64,000 bases of DNA from Bryobacterales bacterium (GTDB taxonomy: Bacteria; Acidobacteriota; Terriglobia; Bryobacterales; UBA6623): NCBI GenBank assembly GCA_963422375.2, contig OY729427.2, positions 192,001-256,000 on the forward strand, in the 5' to 3' direction. The notes under the pieces are model-generated. The model had not been told where the DNA came from and did not search any database. It worked only from the letters and a program-made list of their open reading frames with translations. Of the stretch, positions 42,689 to 52,461 are shown in pieces (the stretch's first letter is position 1; each line of letters opens with the position of its first letter). The position numbers were made by a program, and so were the translations under genes.

Positions 42689-44458
42689 TCAGGCGAAGGG
42701 CCATCTCCGGACCGCGCCCGCGCCGTCCGCACGAACGAGGTCGGCGCGCCGGCACTCGACCACGCCCGGCCCGCCGGGAAACCGGAGCGAGAACCAAGCC
42801 AGCCAGCCCTGGCAGTCGAAATCGACCGCCAGCCGCTGCCAGCGAGCCCCGGCGGCCAGGTAGGCGGGCACCGTGCCGGCCCCGCCCATGCTGGCCGGAT
42901 GCCCCCAGCGGACGGCCAGGTCCCGCGGCGCGTCGGAGCGCATCTCGAGCTCGAGCCGCAGGCCGCCTCCCGGCGCGACCCACGGGACCACCACCTCGCG
43001 CGAGCGATCCCCTTGCCACTCCATGCGCAGCGGGCCGCCTGACTTGGTCAGAATCCCGTTGTTGGTATACCAGCCGTCGACCATGGTCCGCAGCGCGTAT
43101 TCCGCCGGCAGGGACGGCTCGAGCCGGCGTCCCCGGTCGCCGGATTCCTCGATCCAGAGCTCGAGCGCGACGCGCATGCGCGCCCCCGTCTGCGCGTGCT
43201 CCGGGGCGTCGGCCAAGTTGCGGACCTCGTGCGGGTCGGCCTCCAGGTCGTAGAGCTCCCACTCCGGGCGGCTCGGCGCGAGCCACAGCGCGGCCGGCCC
43301 CTCAAGCTTGCCTTCCGCATGCAACTGCCGCATCACCTGCAGGGCGGGGTAGCTCGTGTCCTTGTAGTGATTCTTCTGCGCGTACGACCGCTCCGGGAGG
43401 AAGTTCCGGATCAGCTTCCAGCGCTTGTCCCTGACGCAACGGATGCGGTCCACAGTCTCGTCGCAGCGGTCCCTGGCCGAGAAGGCGTAGGGCGGCTCCG
43501 GGTCGGCTCCGGGCCCTAGGAAAACCCTGCCCTGCATCGCGCCGGGCCGCTCGATTTCCGCGAGCGCCAGCGAGGTGGCGGTGATGTCGATGTGCTGCAG
43601 CAGACGGTCGTCCGCCGCGCCCGGCTCGAAGCCCGGCGGGCGGTACGCCTCGGGGATCCGCACGATCAGGGGGACCCGGACGCCCTGTTCGTAGAGCCAC
43701 TGCTTGCCGCGATGCAGCGCCTGCCCGTGGTCGCCGAAGAAGAAGATGATCGTGCGCTCGTACAGGCCCTCTTCCTTCAAGCGCCTCAGGATCTTCCCCA
43801 CCTTGACATCCAGGTGCTGGGCGGTATCGAGGTATAGGGCCAGATCCTCCCGCACCACCGGATGGTCGGGGTAGAACGGCGGCAGCGGGACGCTGGCCGG
43901 ATCCACGGGAGCGTCGTCGAAGCGCCGGAACTTCCGGTGAGTCTCCGGCAGGTTGACTTGCGAGTAGAACGGCGCACCGGTCGGGCGCTCGCTCCAGTCC
44001 GCGCCGTCGAACGGCTTGGCGACGCGGAAGTTGAAATCCGTCTTGCCTCGCACCTGCACGCCCGGCGCGGGATTCCTGCAGTTAGAGACGTGATAGCCCG
44101 CCTCCCGGAAGAGCCCGGTCACCGTCGGCACGCCCTCGGGAAGATCGTGGGGCCGGTCGCGATGGCTGCGGTGGTTGTGGGCGCCGATGGTCGTCTGGAA
44201 CATCCCGGTCATCAGCGCGGAGCGCGCCGCCGAGCACACGGCCGCGGTGCAGATGCACTGGGTGTAGCGCACGCCTTCAGCGGCGAGGCGATCCAGGTTG
44301 GGCGTGCGCACGAGGTCGTTGCCGTAGCATCCGAGGTCCGGCGAGAAATCCTCCGCCAGAATCCACAGCACGTTCGGGCGCGAGCGCCCCGGCAGGCAGC
44401 CGCTGGCGGCCAGGCCGGGAACGGCCCCGCCCATGCGCAGAAAGGCCCGTCGCTGCAT
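42689..44458 (-). CDS. sulfatase with a Tat signal and an extra C-terminal beta-rich domain
   Basis: MQRRAFL, PNVLWILAED, CSAAR (CxAxR), GDHG, GKQWLY, ELYDLEADP. Confidence 0.9.
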   Translation of the reverse strand: MQRRAFLRMGGAVPGLAASGCLPGRSRPNVLWILAEDFSPDLGCYGNDLVRTPNLDRLAAEGVRYTQCICTAAVCSAARSALMTGMFQTTIGAHNHRSHRDRPHDLPEGVPTVTGLFREAGYHVSNCRNPAPGVQVRGKTDFNFRVAKPFDGADWSERPTGAPFYSQVNLPETHRKFRRFDDAPVDPASVPLPPFYPDHPVVREDLALYLDTAQHLDVKVGKILRRLKEEGLYERTIIFFFGDHGQALHRGKQWLYEQGVRVPLIVRIPEAYRPPGFEPGAADDRLLQHIDITATSLALAEIERPGAMQGRVFLGPGADPEPPYAFSARDRCDETVDRIRCVRDKRWKLIRNFLPERSYAQKNHYKDTSYPALQVMRQLHAEGKLEGPAALWLAPSRPEWELYDLEADPHEVRNLADAPEHAQTGARMRVALELWIEESGDRGRRLEPSLPAEYALRTMVDGWYTNNGILTKSGGPLRMEWQGDRSREVVVPWVAPGGGLRLELEMRSDAPRDLAVRWGHPASMGGAGTVPAYLAAGARWQRLAVDFDCQGWLAWFSLRFPGGPGVVECRRADLVRADGAGAVRRWPFA

Positions 44459-44494
44459 GGGCTCGATTCTACCCGCGGAGCGAGAGCCCGACGC

Positions 44495-45259
44495 TCAGCG
44501 GATCGGCGAGAACGGCAGGCCGGCCAGGTGGATGTTCGACACGGTCGAGACGATGTCGGCGTTGCCCCAGCCGGGGCGGCTCTTGATCCGGTTCCAGCCC
44601 TCGCTGGACCCGAACGTAGACCAAGCCTCGCCGCGGGCATCCATGTCGGCGTAGTGCGACATGTAGACCAGGCTCGGCATGTGGGAGCCGACGATCGTCT
44701 CGCCGAAGAACAGGGGATGGATGCCGCAGTCGCGGAAGATGGCGATCTCCTCCTCGTTGAACATCCGCATCTTCTCCCGCGTGTCGCGGAAGGTCTCCTG
44801 CTCGTAGGTCCGCAGATCGAAGACCCGCGGCTTGTCGGCGGGGTCCGGCACCTCGATCGCCCTCATTCCGTCGAACGCGCGCAGCAGCCAGCTCTCGACG
44901 CGGTCGTACGCCGCGCGGTCGTCCGACCCGAAGTCGTCCTCGACGGCGCTCCAGAGCTTGTCCGCGCGCTGGGCCGCCAGCTTGGCCGCCATGTCGGCGA
45001 GCGAATCGTAGGCGGCGAGCGTGTAGACGCGCGGGGTGAACTCCCCGAGCGTAACGCGGAAGTACCCCTGGACGATGCCCGCCCGCTGCGTCATCGGCAG
45101 GTGCTCCGCCTCCAAGAACCCCGTGAGACGGCCGTACTGGTCCGCCTTCGAGTAGCGCAGCCGGTAGCAGCGCAGCTCGAAGATCTGGTTGCCCTCGCCC
45201 TCGGCGGCCGCGGCCAGGCCCGCCGCGGACGAGGTAGCGATGAAGTCTCGCCGGTCCAT
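44495..45259 (-). CDS. NIPSNAP family protein with a Tat signal
   Basis: MDRRDF and two NIPSNAP-like repeats (FELRCY, FDLRTY). Confidence 0.85.
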   Translation of the reverse strand: MDRRDFIATSSAAGLAAAAEGEGNQIFELRCYRLRYSKADQYGRLTGFLEAEHLPMTQRAGIVQGYFRVTLGEFTPRVYTLAAYDSLADMAAKLAAQRADKLWSAVEDDFGSDDRAAYDRVESWLLRAFDGMRAIEVPDPADKPRVFDLRTYEQETFRDTREKMRMFNEEEIAIFRDCGIHPLFFGETIVGSHMPSLVYMSHYADMDARGEAWSTFGSSEGWNRIKSRPGWGNADIVSTVSNIHLAGLPFSPIR

Positions 45260-45313
45260 GCCCCCTTATAGCACCCGCGAGCGGTCCGACGCGAGAGCCA
45301 CGCGGCGCATTGG

Positions 45314-46744
45314 CTAGCGGAAGATCGAGCGCCGACGGAAGAAGGCCGGCTTCTCGGCCGTCTGATCCTCTTCGTCGGGCTCGTCCCTCGCCCGGATGTT
45401 CGGCGGCGGCATGAACTCGAAGGGAGACCGTCCCGACTGGCCCTCCGCGGCGTCGGGATTCCTGTTCGGCGCCGACGCGGGCGGGGCGCTCTCGGGCGCC
45501 GCGGGCGGCTGCGTCTCGACGCGCGGCGGACTGGCTTGCGGCACCTGCGCGGGCGCCACCGGCGCATGGCGCGCCGCGGAGGCCTCCGGGGCTCCGTGCT
45601 CGGAGCCGAGCAGATCCGCCACGCCTTCCGACTGCCACGCCGGCTGGCGCTCGTCGAAGCGCGGCTTGTGGCTCATCTCGCGGCCGCGCGATATCCGTGG
45701 CAGGCTGTCCTTCGCGAAGCCCGACGCGATCATCATCACGCGCACGACCTCTCCCATCGAGTCGTCCCGCACGACCCCCACGGTCAGGTCGGCGTCGGTC
45801 GCGATCTCGCGCTGGATGAGCTGGATCGCCTCGCTGGCGTCGTGCATGCCGAACTGGCTGGAACCGGTGATGTTGACCAGAACCTTGGTGGCGCGCGCCA
45901 GCCCGCCGTGCTCCATCACCGGGCAGCTGATCGCGTCCCTGGCCGCCTGCATGGCCGAGTCGCGCCCGCCGCGCTCGGAGGCACCGACGAAGGCCGGGCC
46001 GGCCTCCTGCAGGACCGCCTTGACGTCGGCGAAGTCGGTGTTCATGACCCCCTTCTTGGAGATGATGTCGGTGATGCCCACCAAGGTCTCGGTGGCGATC
46101 GCGTTGGCCACGAGGAAGCTGTCGAAGAAGCCGCTGCCCGCCTCGGCCTGGTCCAGCAGGCGCTCGTTGGGGATCACGATCACGGTGTCGACCTGCTCCA
46201 GCAGCGTCTCGAGCCCGTCGGCGGCGGTCTGCGCCCGCCGCTTGCCCTCAAAGCTGAACGGCTTGACCGCGGCCGCGACCGTCAGCGCGCCCATCTGCTT
46301 GGCCAGGGAGGCGATGACCGGTCCCGCGCCGGTCCCAGTTCCGCCTCCAAGGCCGAGGGTGATGTAGACCATGTCCGCGTCGCCGAGCAACTCGCTGATC
46401 TCCTCGGTGTTCTCCAGGGCCGCCTCGCGCCCCACATCGGGGCTCGAGCCGGTCCCGTAGCCTTGGGTCACGCGCTGGCCCATGCACAGCTTGACGGGCG
46501 CGCGGGACGACTTGAGCGCCTGCTCGTCCGTGTTCACGCAGGCGAATTCGACGCCCGCGACGCCGTTGGCGATCATGTAGTCCACGATGTTGCCCCCGCA
46601 GCCGCCGATCCCGATCACCTTGATCCTGATGGCGCTGTGGGGAACCTCTTCCAGCGTGAACTTGAGGCCGTCGGAACGGGCCTCTTCGGCCGGTTCGGCC
46701 TCCGGGGCGGCCGGCAGAGCCTCCGCTTCCTTGATTTCGGTCAT
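45314..46744 (-). CDS. ftsZ: cell division protein FtsZ
   Basis: IKVIGIGGCGGN, NTD.Q, GGGTGTG, PFSFEG, DFADVK, Pro/Ala linker, C-terminal PAFFRR. Confidence 0.97.
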   Translation of the reverse strand: MTEIKEAEALPAAPEAEPAEEARSDGLKFTLEEVPHSAIRIKVIGIGGCGGNIVDYMIANGVAGVEFACVNTDEQALKSSRAPVKLCMGQRVTQGYGTGSSPDVGREAALENTEEISELLGDADMVYITLGLGGGTGTGAGPVIASLAKQMGALTVAAAVKPFSFEGKRRAQTAADGLETLLEQVDTVIVIPNERLLDQAEAGSGFFDSFLVANAIATETLVGITDIISKKGVMNTDFADVKAVLQEAGPAFVGASERGGRDSAMQAARDAISCPVMEHGGLARATKVLVNITGSSQFGMHDASEAIQLIQREIATDADLTVGVVRDDSMGEVVRVMMIASGFAKDSLPRISRGREMSHKPRFDERQPAWQSEGVADLLGSEHGAPEASAARHAPVAPAQVPQASPPRVETQPPAAPESAPPASAPNRNPDAAEGQSGRSPFEFMPPPNIRARDEPDEEDQTAEKPAFFRRRSIFR

Positions 46745-47973
46745 GCTACTTGTTCCTCGAACTGAATTTCTGCGTGAGCGCTGCGGTCCGCCTCGGCGTC
46801 CGCGGGCCTGTAAGCCAGGCGGTAGGCGTACAGAACCAAGCCTGCGGCGCAGGCCCAGCCCGGGCTGCGCAGGGCCGCGGGCAGGTTGTCCGGGCGGGTC
46901 GGAACGCCGATGCGGCTCCGCAGCCCGATGATCGATTGCGCCATGTCCCGGATGCCGGGCAGTTCCGCCGCGTCGCCCGTGATCACCAGAGAGCTGACCG
47001 AGCCGTTGGCTAGCCCCTCGTGACGAAGCTCGTCATGCACCAGCGTCAGGCATTCCTCGACGCGTAGCGCGATGATCTTGTCCAGCATGTCCCGCGGCCA
47101 CAGGCGCCCGCGCTGGGCCGGGGAGCTGCTGACTTCGCTGCCGGGAACGAAGACGTACGCCCCCGTGAGCCGCTCGCTATACGCGGCGCTCCCGAAGTCC
47201 GCGATGAGCGACGAGGCAACGCTGGGATCCGTGGCGAAGGCGCGGGACACGTCGCCGACCAGGTGGTCGCGGCCGACGGGGAGCCCGGTCGCCAACCGCA
47301 GCCCGCCCCCGCAGTACGCCGTCAGGGTGCTCGAATTCTTGCCGATCTCCAAGTGGGCCACGCCCCCGCCAACTTCGGCTTGCGAGAGCGTGCAGTATGC
47401 CGAGGCGAACCCGGCCAGCACTGTCTCCTCCACGCTGATGCTCGCGTTGTTGACCACCCGCCGCACGGCGTCGTGCTCGGCCTGGTGCGTCGAGATCAGG
47501 CGCACGTAGGCGTCGAGGCGGTCGGCCGGGTAGCCGACAGGGTTCTGGAGCCCGGCCCGGTCGCCGGCCACGAACTCCAGCGGCACCAGCTGCAGCACCG
47601 TCGCGCTGGTGCTGACGAGCCCGGCGGCGGCCCGCCGGATTACGTTGGCGACGTCGCCCATCTCGACCGTTCGCTGGCCGAGCGTCAGGCGGACGGTGGA
47701 ATGCACCATGCTGCTGCGCACCTGCGCCCCGCCCAGGCCCACCACGGCGGAATGCACCGTCAAGCCGCCGTCGTGCTCGGCCTCGCAGACGGCCTCCAGC
47801 ACCGCCTCGGGTGTGAGCTGCGGGGTGCGGAGGTCGTCGTCGTCCCACCGGATGGGGGGCATCGACCCGCAGCTGAGGAAGCGCAGCGCGGGCCCGTCGG
47901 CCGCAGCAACCAGGCAGCGCGTCTGCGCGCCGTTCATATCGATCCCGACGAAGGTGTCGTGCTTGTCTGTCAT
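46741..47973 (-). CDS. ftsA: cell division protein FtsA (divergent)
   Basis: Lies between ftsQ and ftsZ, has an actin-like layout, QNPVG...RL, LPVG, RIGVP. Nucleotide-binding motifs are altered. Confidence 0.85.
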   Translation of the reverse strand: MTDKHDTFVGIDMNGAQTRCLVAAADGPALRFLSCGSMPPIRWDDDDLRTPQLTPEAVLEAVCEAEHDGGLTVHSAVVGLGGAQVRSSMVHSTVRLTLGQRTVEMGDVANVIRRAAAGLVSTSATVLQLVPLEFVAGDRAGLQNPVGYPADRLDAYVRLISTHQAEHDAVRRVVNNASISVEETVLAGFASAYCTLSQAEVGGGVAHLEIGKNSSTLTAYCGGGLRLATGLPVGRDHLVGDVSRAFATDPSVASSLIADFGSAAYSERLTGAYVFVPGSEVSSSPAQRGRLWPRDMLDKIIALRVEECLTLVHDELRHEGLANGSVSSLVITGDAAELPGIRDMAQSIIGLRSRIGVPTRPDNLPAALRSPGWACAAGLVLYAYRLAYRPADAEADRSAHAEIQFEEQVA

Positions 47974-48836
47974 CCTTTCCCCTTCTCTCCCGCCAAGGGC
48001 CGGATTGCCACTTGCTTCTCGAAGCGAAGATCCACGGCCTCAAGCGGGCCGAACTCCGCTTCCCAGGCTCCGACGTGCGCCAGGTAGACGTCCAGGCGAT
48101 GCGGCAGGTGGCTGTCGCCCATCTGGAGCCGGATCATTTGACTTCGGCGCTTGGCGAGGACGATCGGGTTCGTCGCGTCGGCGAGGTCGACCTCGGAAAC
48201 CGAGCGCCCGACGGCCTGGCTGCGGTCGTTGAAGACGCGCATGACCTCCTGGAACACCCGGACGCGCCGGCGCCGCTCGGCGAGCGGCATGTCCGCCGCA
48301 ATGCCGCTCAGCACGGGAAGCGATCCGCCCGACCCGCCCCGCGGATCCAGGATCGCCCCGTCGGCGTCGATCATGAAGACGGAACTGGAAGATGCCAGCC
48401 GCAGGAACGCTACCGCCTCGCGCTCTTCGATCACCCCGGCCAGGGTATGGGGCCAGACCCGCGCGACGCGGGCGCTCCGGACCCAAGGGAGCGCCCGGAG
48501 CTGGGCCTGGCGGGCCGAGAGGTCGACGGAGGCCAGGCTAGCGCCGAGATCCCCGGCGAACACCGCGGCCACTTCGTCCTCGGAGATCGCCGAGACCCCG
48601 CTGATGCGCAGCGCTTCGCGCCGCGGCTCCAAGCGGAAGGCCGCGGACTGCAGCACGTAGGCATGCGCGAACCACCACAGCGAGACCGCCGCGACCAGCA
48701 GCCCGGCCAGCCGCAGCGCGGCGCGCCGGGCCGCGGGACTCGGCCGGAACGCGGGAACGGCCCTGAGCGGCCTGTCCGCGCGCAGGTAGGCCGTCGCGTC
48801 GTTGCCCCGCTTGCGGGCGCTGCCTCGCTTCGCCAT
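47970..48836 (-). CDS. ftsQ: cell division protein FtsQ/DivIB
   Basis: Basic N-terminus, one transmembrane helix, POTRA (LPWVRSARVARVWPHTL...EER), C-terminal VDLRF. Start ATG 48836. Confidence 0.9.
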   Translation of the reverse strand: MAKRGSARKRGNDATAYLRADRPLRAVPAFRPSPAARRAALRLAGLLVAAVSLWWFAHAYVLQSAAFRLEPRREALRISGVSAISEDEVAAVFAGDLGASLASVDLSARQAQLRALPWVRSARVARVWPHTLAGVIEEREAVAFLRLASSSSVFMIDADGAILDPRGGSGGSLPVLSGIAADMPLAERRRRVRVFQEVMRVFNDRSQAVGRSVSEVDLADATNPIVLAKRRSQMIRLQMGDSHLPHRLDVYLAHVGAWEAEFGPLEAVDLRFEKQVAIRPLAGEKGKG

Positions 48837-50275
48837 CAGCTTCGACGCGCTCCTTCTAGGTCCGGCAGGCGCGTCGGCGGCGGCGCCTGGGCGCCGCTCA
48901 GGAAACCCTCCCCGGCCTGCCAGACGTTGCCCGCTCCAAGGGTGATCAGGGCCTCGCCGGGCCCGGCGCAGGCGATGGCCCGCTGAACCGCGTCCTGCAT
49001 CGACGGGCAATAGCTCGCCCGGGGATGTCCGGCGCGGACGATCTTCTCGACCAAGTTCGGGCTGCACACGCCCGGCAGCGGATCCTCGCCGGCGGAGTAG
49101 AAGTCGACGACCCAGAGGCGGTCGCATTCCGCGAAGCACTCGGCGAACTCTTCCTCCAGGTCCTTGACGCGGCTGTAGCGGTGCGGCTGGAAGATCACGT
49201 TGACCCCCCGGAATCCGCACGTGGCGGCTGCCGCTAGCGTGGCCCGGATCTCGGTGGGGTGATGGCCGTAGTCGTCGATCACGGTCACTCCCCGTTCCAC
49301 GCCCCGCGTCTGGAAGCGCCGGTCGACCCCGCCGAACTCCGCGAGGCCGGCCCGAATCCGGTCCACGGGAACCTCGAGCTGGAAGCCCACCAGCACGGCC
49401 GCCATGGCGTTGCGCACCGTGTGCAGGCCGACGCCGCGCACGTGGAAGCGCCCCAGATCCTCGCCTCGCAGCGCCAGGCGGAACGACGCCTCGCCGACGC
49501 CGAGCTCGATGTCGTCCGCCACCAGATCCGCCGTGGGCGACACGGCCCGCAAGCCGTAGGTCACGCGGCGCCTGCGGATGCGGCCGGCCACCCGCTTCGC
49601 CAGCGGGTCGTCCTCGCACACCACCGCCGCGCCGTAGAAGGGGACGCTGTTGGCGAAGTCCTCGAACGCCTGCATCAGGCTGCCCAAGGAGCCGTAGTGG
49701 TCCATGTGCTCGCGATCGATGTTCGTGATCACGGCCACCACCGGATCGAGCTCGAGGAAGGAGCCGTCCGACTCGTCGGCCTCGACGAGCAGGTAGTCGC
49801 TCTTGCCGAGGCGGGCGTTCGAGCCGATCGAGGCGACGCGCCCGCCGATGACCACCGTGGGATCCTTGCGGCCCGCGCTGAGCACAGCCGCGCAGATCGA
49901 CGAGGTCGACGTCTTGCCGTGGCTGCCGGCGACGGCGACGCCGTACTTGACCCGCATCAGCTCGGCCAGGAGCTGGCCGCGGGAGATCACGGGCAGCCGG
50001 CGCTGGCGCGCCGCAACCAGTTCGGGGTTGTTGCCCGGAATCGCGGAACTCGTAACCACCGCCTCCGGGTCGGCCAAGTTCTGAGCGGCGTGGCCGATGC
50101 GGACCTCGGCGCCCAAGCCGCGGAGGCGCTCGGTGATCGGCGATTCGCGCAGGTCCGAACCAGTCACCGCGTGGCCGAGATCGAGCAGGATCTCGGCGAT
50201 GCCGCTCATGCCGATCCCCCCGATGCCGACGAAGTGCAGCCGGCGTTTCTTGAATGCGTCCTTGTTGAACAGCAT
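48836..50275 (-). CDS. murC: UDP-N-acetylmuramate--L-alanine ligase
   Basis: HFVGIGGIGMSGIA, GSHGKTST, EADESDGSF, DDYGHHPTE, FQPHRYSR. Confidence 0.98.
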   Translation of the reverse strand: MLFNKDAFKKRRLHFVGIGGIGMSGIAEILLDLGHAVTGSDLRESPITERLRGLGAEVRIGHAAQNLADPEAVVTSSAIPGNNPELVAARQRRLPVISRGQLLAELMRVKYGVAVAGSHGKTSTSSICAAVLSAGRKDPTVVIGGRVASIGSNARLGKSDYLLVEADESDGSFLELDPVVAVITNIDREHMDHYGSLGSLMQAFEDFANSVPFYGAAVVCEDDPLAKRVAGRIRRRRVTYGLRAVSPTADLVADDIELGVGEASFRLALRGEDLGRFHVRGVGLHTVRNAMAAVLVGFQLEVPVDRIRAGLAEFGGVDRRFQTRGVERGVTVIDDYGHHPTEIRATLAAAATCGFRGVNVIFQPHRYSRVKDLEEEFAECFAECDRLWVVDFYSAGEDPLPGVCSPNLVEKIVRAGHPRASYCPSMQDAVQRAIACAGPGEALITLGAGNVWQAGEGFLSGAQAPPPTRLPDLEGARRS

Positions 50276-50277
50276 GG

Positions 50278-51387
50278 CTATGTAGCTCCTCCTGCCCGGG
50301 CGGCGGCCTCAGCGACCGCCGTCGCGGCGTCGTGCGTGGCTCGCGCCGGAGCCAACTGGGCCAGAGCGGCCGCCATCGCGGCGAGCCGTTCGGGATTCTG
50401 CGACAGGCTGGCGATCACCTGCGCCATGCGCCGGCCCGTCCAGTCGGCGTCGTCGACGAGCAGCGCGCCGCCCGCGGCCTCCAGCGCCGCGCCGTTGGCG
50501 CGCTGGTGGTCGTCGGCGGCAAAGGGAAACGGCACCAGCACGGCGGGCTTGCGCGCCGCGCACAGTTCCGCGCTCACCGAGGCGCCGGCGCGGCAGATCA
50601 CGAGATCGGCCTGCGCGAAGCGGGCCGGGATGTCGTCGAAGAAAGCGGCCGTGTCGGCTCCGATGCCGAGACCGGCGTAGGCCGCGGCGACCTCCCGGAG
50701 CTGCCGCTCGCCCGTCTGGTGAATGATCCGGGGCGCCTCCCGGCCCTCCCGGCTCCAGATGCGAGCCGCGTCCACGGCCGCCCGGTTGAGACGCGCCGCG
50801 CCCTGGCTCCCGCCGAGAATCAGAACCGTGAACGGCCCGTCCGGGCGATGCCCGGCAGCGCGGAAGAACTCGCTCCGCACGGGCATCCCGCTGACCCGGC
50901 TCGTCGCGGCGCGGAAGAAGCCCGCCGCCCGCGGGTGCGCCAGCAGCGCCCGCCTGGCCGCCGGCCCGGCGAGGCGGTTCGCGAGGCCCGGGGTCGCGTT
51001 CGGCTCGAGCAAGACCAGCGGCACGTCGAGCAGGGCGCAGGCGACCACGAGGGGCCCGGCGGCGTAGCCGCCTAGGCTCAGGGCCGCGGCCGGCCGGGCG
51101 CGCAGCACGAGCGCGACCGCCGCGGCCAGCGCCCGGGGAGCCGCCAGCAGCGAGGCCAGCCTGCGGCGCAGGCTGACCCGGTTCCACGAGACCACCGGCA
51201 CGTGGCACAGGCGGAAGCCCGCCGCCGGCACCAGCCGGTTTTCGAAGCCGCGCGCCGTGCCGACGAAGACGCATTCCCACCCGCGCGCGCGCAGCTCCTT
51301 CGCCACTTCGACGCCGGGAATGACGTGCCCTCCGGTGCCTCCCGCGGCGATGAGCACGCGCCGCCGCCCGCTCCAGCGCGCCTTCAT
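50278..51387 (-). CDS. murG: lipid II GlcNAc transferase MurG
   Basis: GGTGGHVIP, GGYAAGP, GGSQGA, CRAGAS, DDHQRANG. Start ATG 51387. Confidence 0.97.
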   Translation of the reverse strand: MKARWSGRRRVLIAAGGTGGHVIPGVEVAKELRARGWECVFVGTARGFENRLVPAAGFRLCHVPVVSWNRVSLRRRLASLLAAPRALAAAVALVLRARPAAALSLGGYAAGPLVVACALLDVPLVLLEPNATPGLANRLAGPAARRALLAHPRAAGFFRAATSRVSGMPVRSEFFRAAGHRPDGPFTVLILGGSQGAARLNRAAVDAARIWSREGREAPRIIHQTGERQLREVAAAYAGLGIGADTAAFFDDIPARFAQADLVICRAGASVSAELCAARKPAVLVPFPFAADDHQRANGAALEAAGGALLVDDADWTGRRMAQVIASLSQNPERLAAMAAALAQLAPARATHDAATAVAEAAARAGGAT

Positions 51388-52460
51388 CGTCCGAACCTGC
51401 TGATGTTGAGCAGCACTCCCGAGGAGGCGAGCACGGTCATCAGCGACGAGCCGCCGTAGCTGATGAACGGAAGGGGCAAGCCCTTGGTGGGAAGCAGCCC
51501 CAGGACGACGCCGATATTCAGCGCCGCCTGGGAGACGATCATGACGGTGATGCCGCCCGCCAGATAGGCGCCGAACAGGTCGGGGGCCCCGAACGCGGCG
51601 CGCAGGCCGCGCCACAGGAACAGCCCGAACGCGACGACGACCAGCAGCGTGCCGATCAGGCCCAGTTCCTCGGCCACCATCGCGAAGATGAAGTCCGTGT
51701 GGGCCTCGGGCAGGAAGTGCATCTTCTGCTTGCCCGCCATCCACCCCTGGCCCATCCAGCCGCCGGACCCGACCGCGATCTTCGACTGGAGGATCTGGAA
51801 GCCGCTGCCCAGCGGATCCGCCTCCGGGTCGAGGAACGCGAGGATGCGGGTGCGCCGGTACTCGACCTGCCACACCACCACGTACAGCGCCGGAATCGCC
51901 GGGAGCAGGCAGAGCGCCATGTAGGCGGCGGGCACGCCGGCTATGAAGAGCATCGACCCGGCCAGGATCAGCAGGCAGGCCGTGGTGCCGAAGTCCCTGC
52001 CGATCAGGATCAGCGCGGCCAGCAGCCCGATCACGGCCCCGGGCACGAGCAGCGCCGAAGCGCGGTTCATATCCGCGCTCCTGCGTTGCAGGTAGTAGGC
52101 CAGGAACAGGACGGCCGCCGGCTTGGCGAGCTCCGACGGCTGCAGCGAGAGCAGGCCCAGGCGCAGGAAGCGCCTGGTGTTCGCGCCCGTCCCGAGAACC
52201 GCCGCCAGCAGCAGGAGCAGGACGCAGACGCCCAGCGCCGCGCACACCGTCCGCCGGCCGTTCAGATGCCGGTAGTCGAAGAACATCAAGCCGTACAGCG
52301 CCCCGAAACCGATGCCGGCCGCGACGAGCTGCTTGGCGATGTAGAGCGGACTGGATTGCGCGGAGGCCGCGGTGGTACTGTACACCATCATCAGCCCGAA
52401 CATCGCGAGCGACAGGATCGTCCACGCCAGCACGCGGTCGCAGCGGAGCAGCAGCGGCAT
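51384..52460 (-). CDS. ftsW: SEDS peptidoglycan polymerase FtsW
   Basis: QPSELAK, LPEAHTDFIF, PTKGLPLPFISYGGSS. Confidence 0.97.
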   Translation of the reverse strand: MPLLLRCDRVLAWTILSLAMFGLMMVYSTTAASAQSSPLYIAKQLVAAGIGFGALYGLMFFDYRHLNGRRTVCAALGVCVLLLLLAAVLGTGANTRRFLRLGLLSLQPSELAKPAAVLFLAYYLQRRSADMNRASALLVPGAVIGLLAALILIGRDFGTTACLLILAGSMLFIAGVPAAYMALCLLPAIPALYVVVWQVEYRRTRILAFLDPEADPLGSGFQILQSKIAVGSGGWMGQGWMAGKQKMHFLPEAHTDFIFAMVAEELGLIGTLLVVVAFGLFLWRGLRAAFGAPDLFGAYLAGGITVMIVSQAALNIGVVLGLLPTKGLPLPFISYGGSSLMTVLASSGVLLNISRFGR

Positions 52461-52461
52461 C

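Noticed and set aside
48836..50275. No murB or ddl between murC and ftsQ
   Set aside because: dcw content varies widely between phyla and these genes may lie elsewhere; this cannot be judged from one window.
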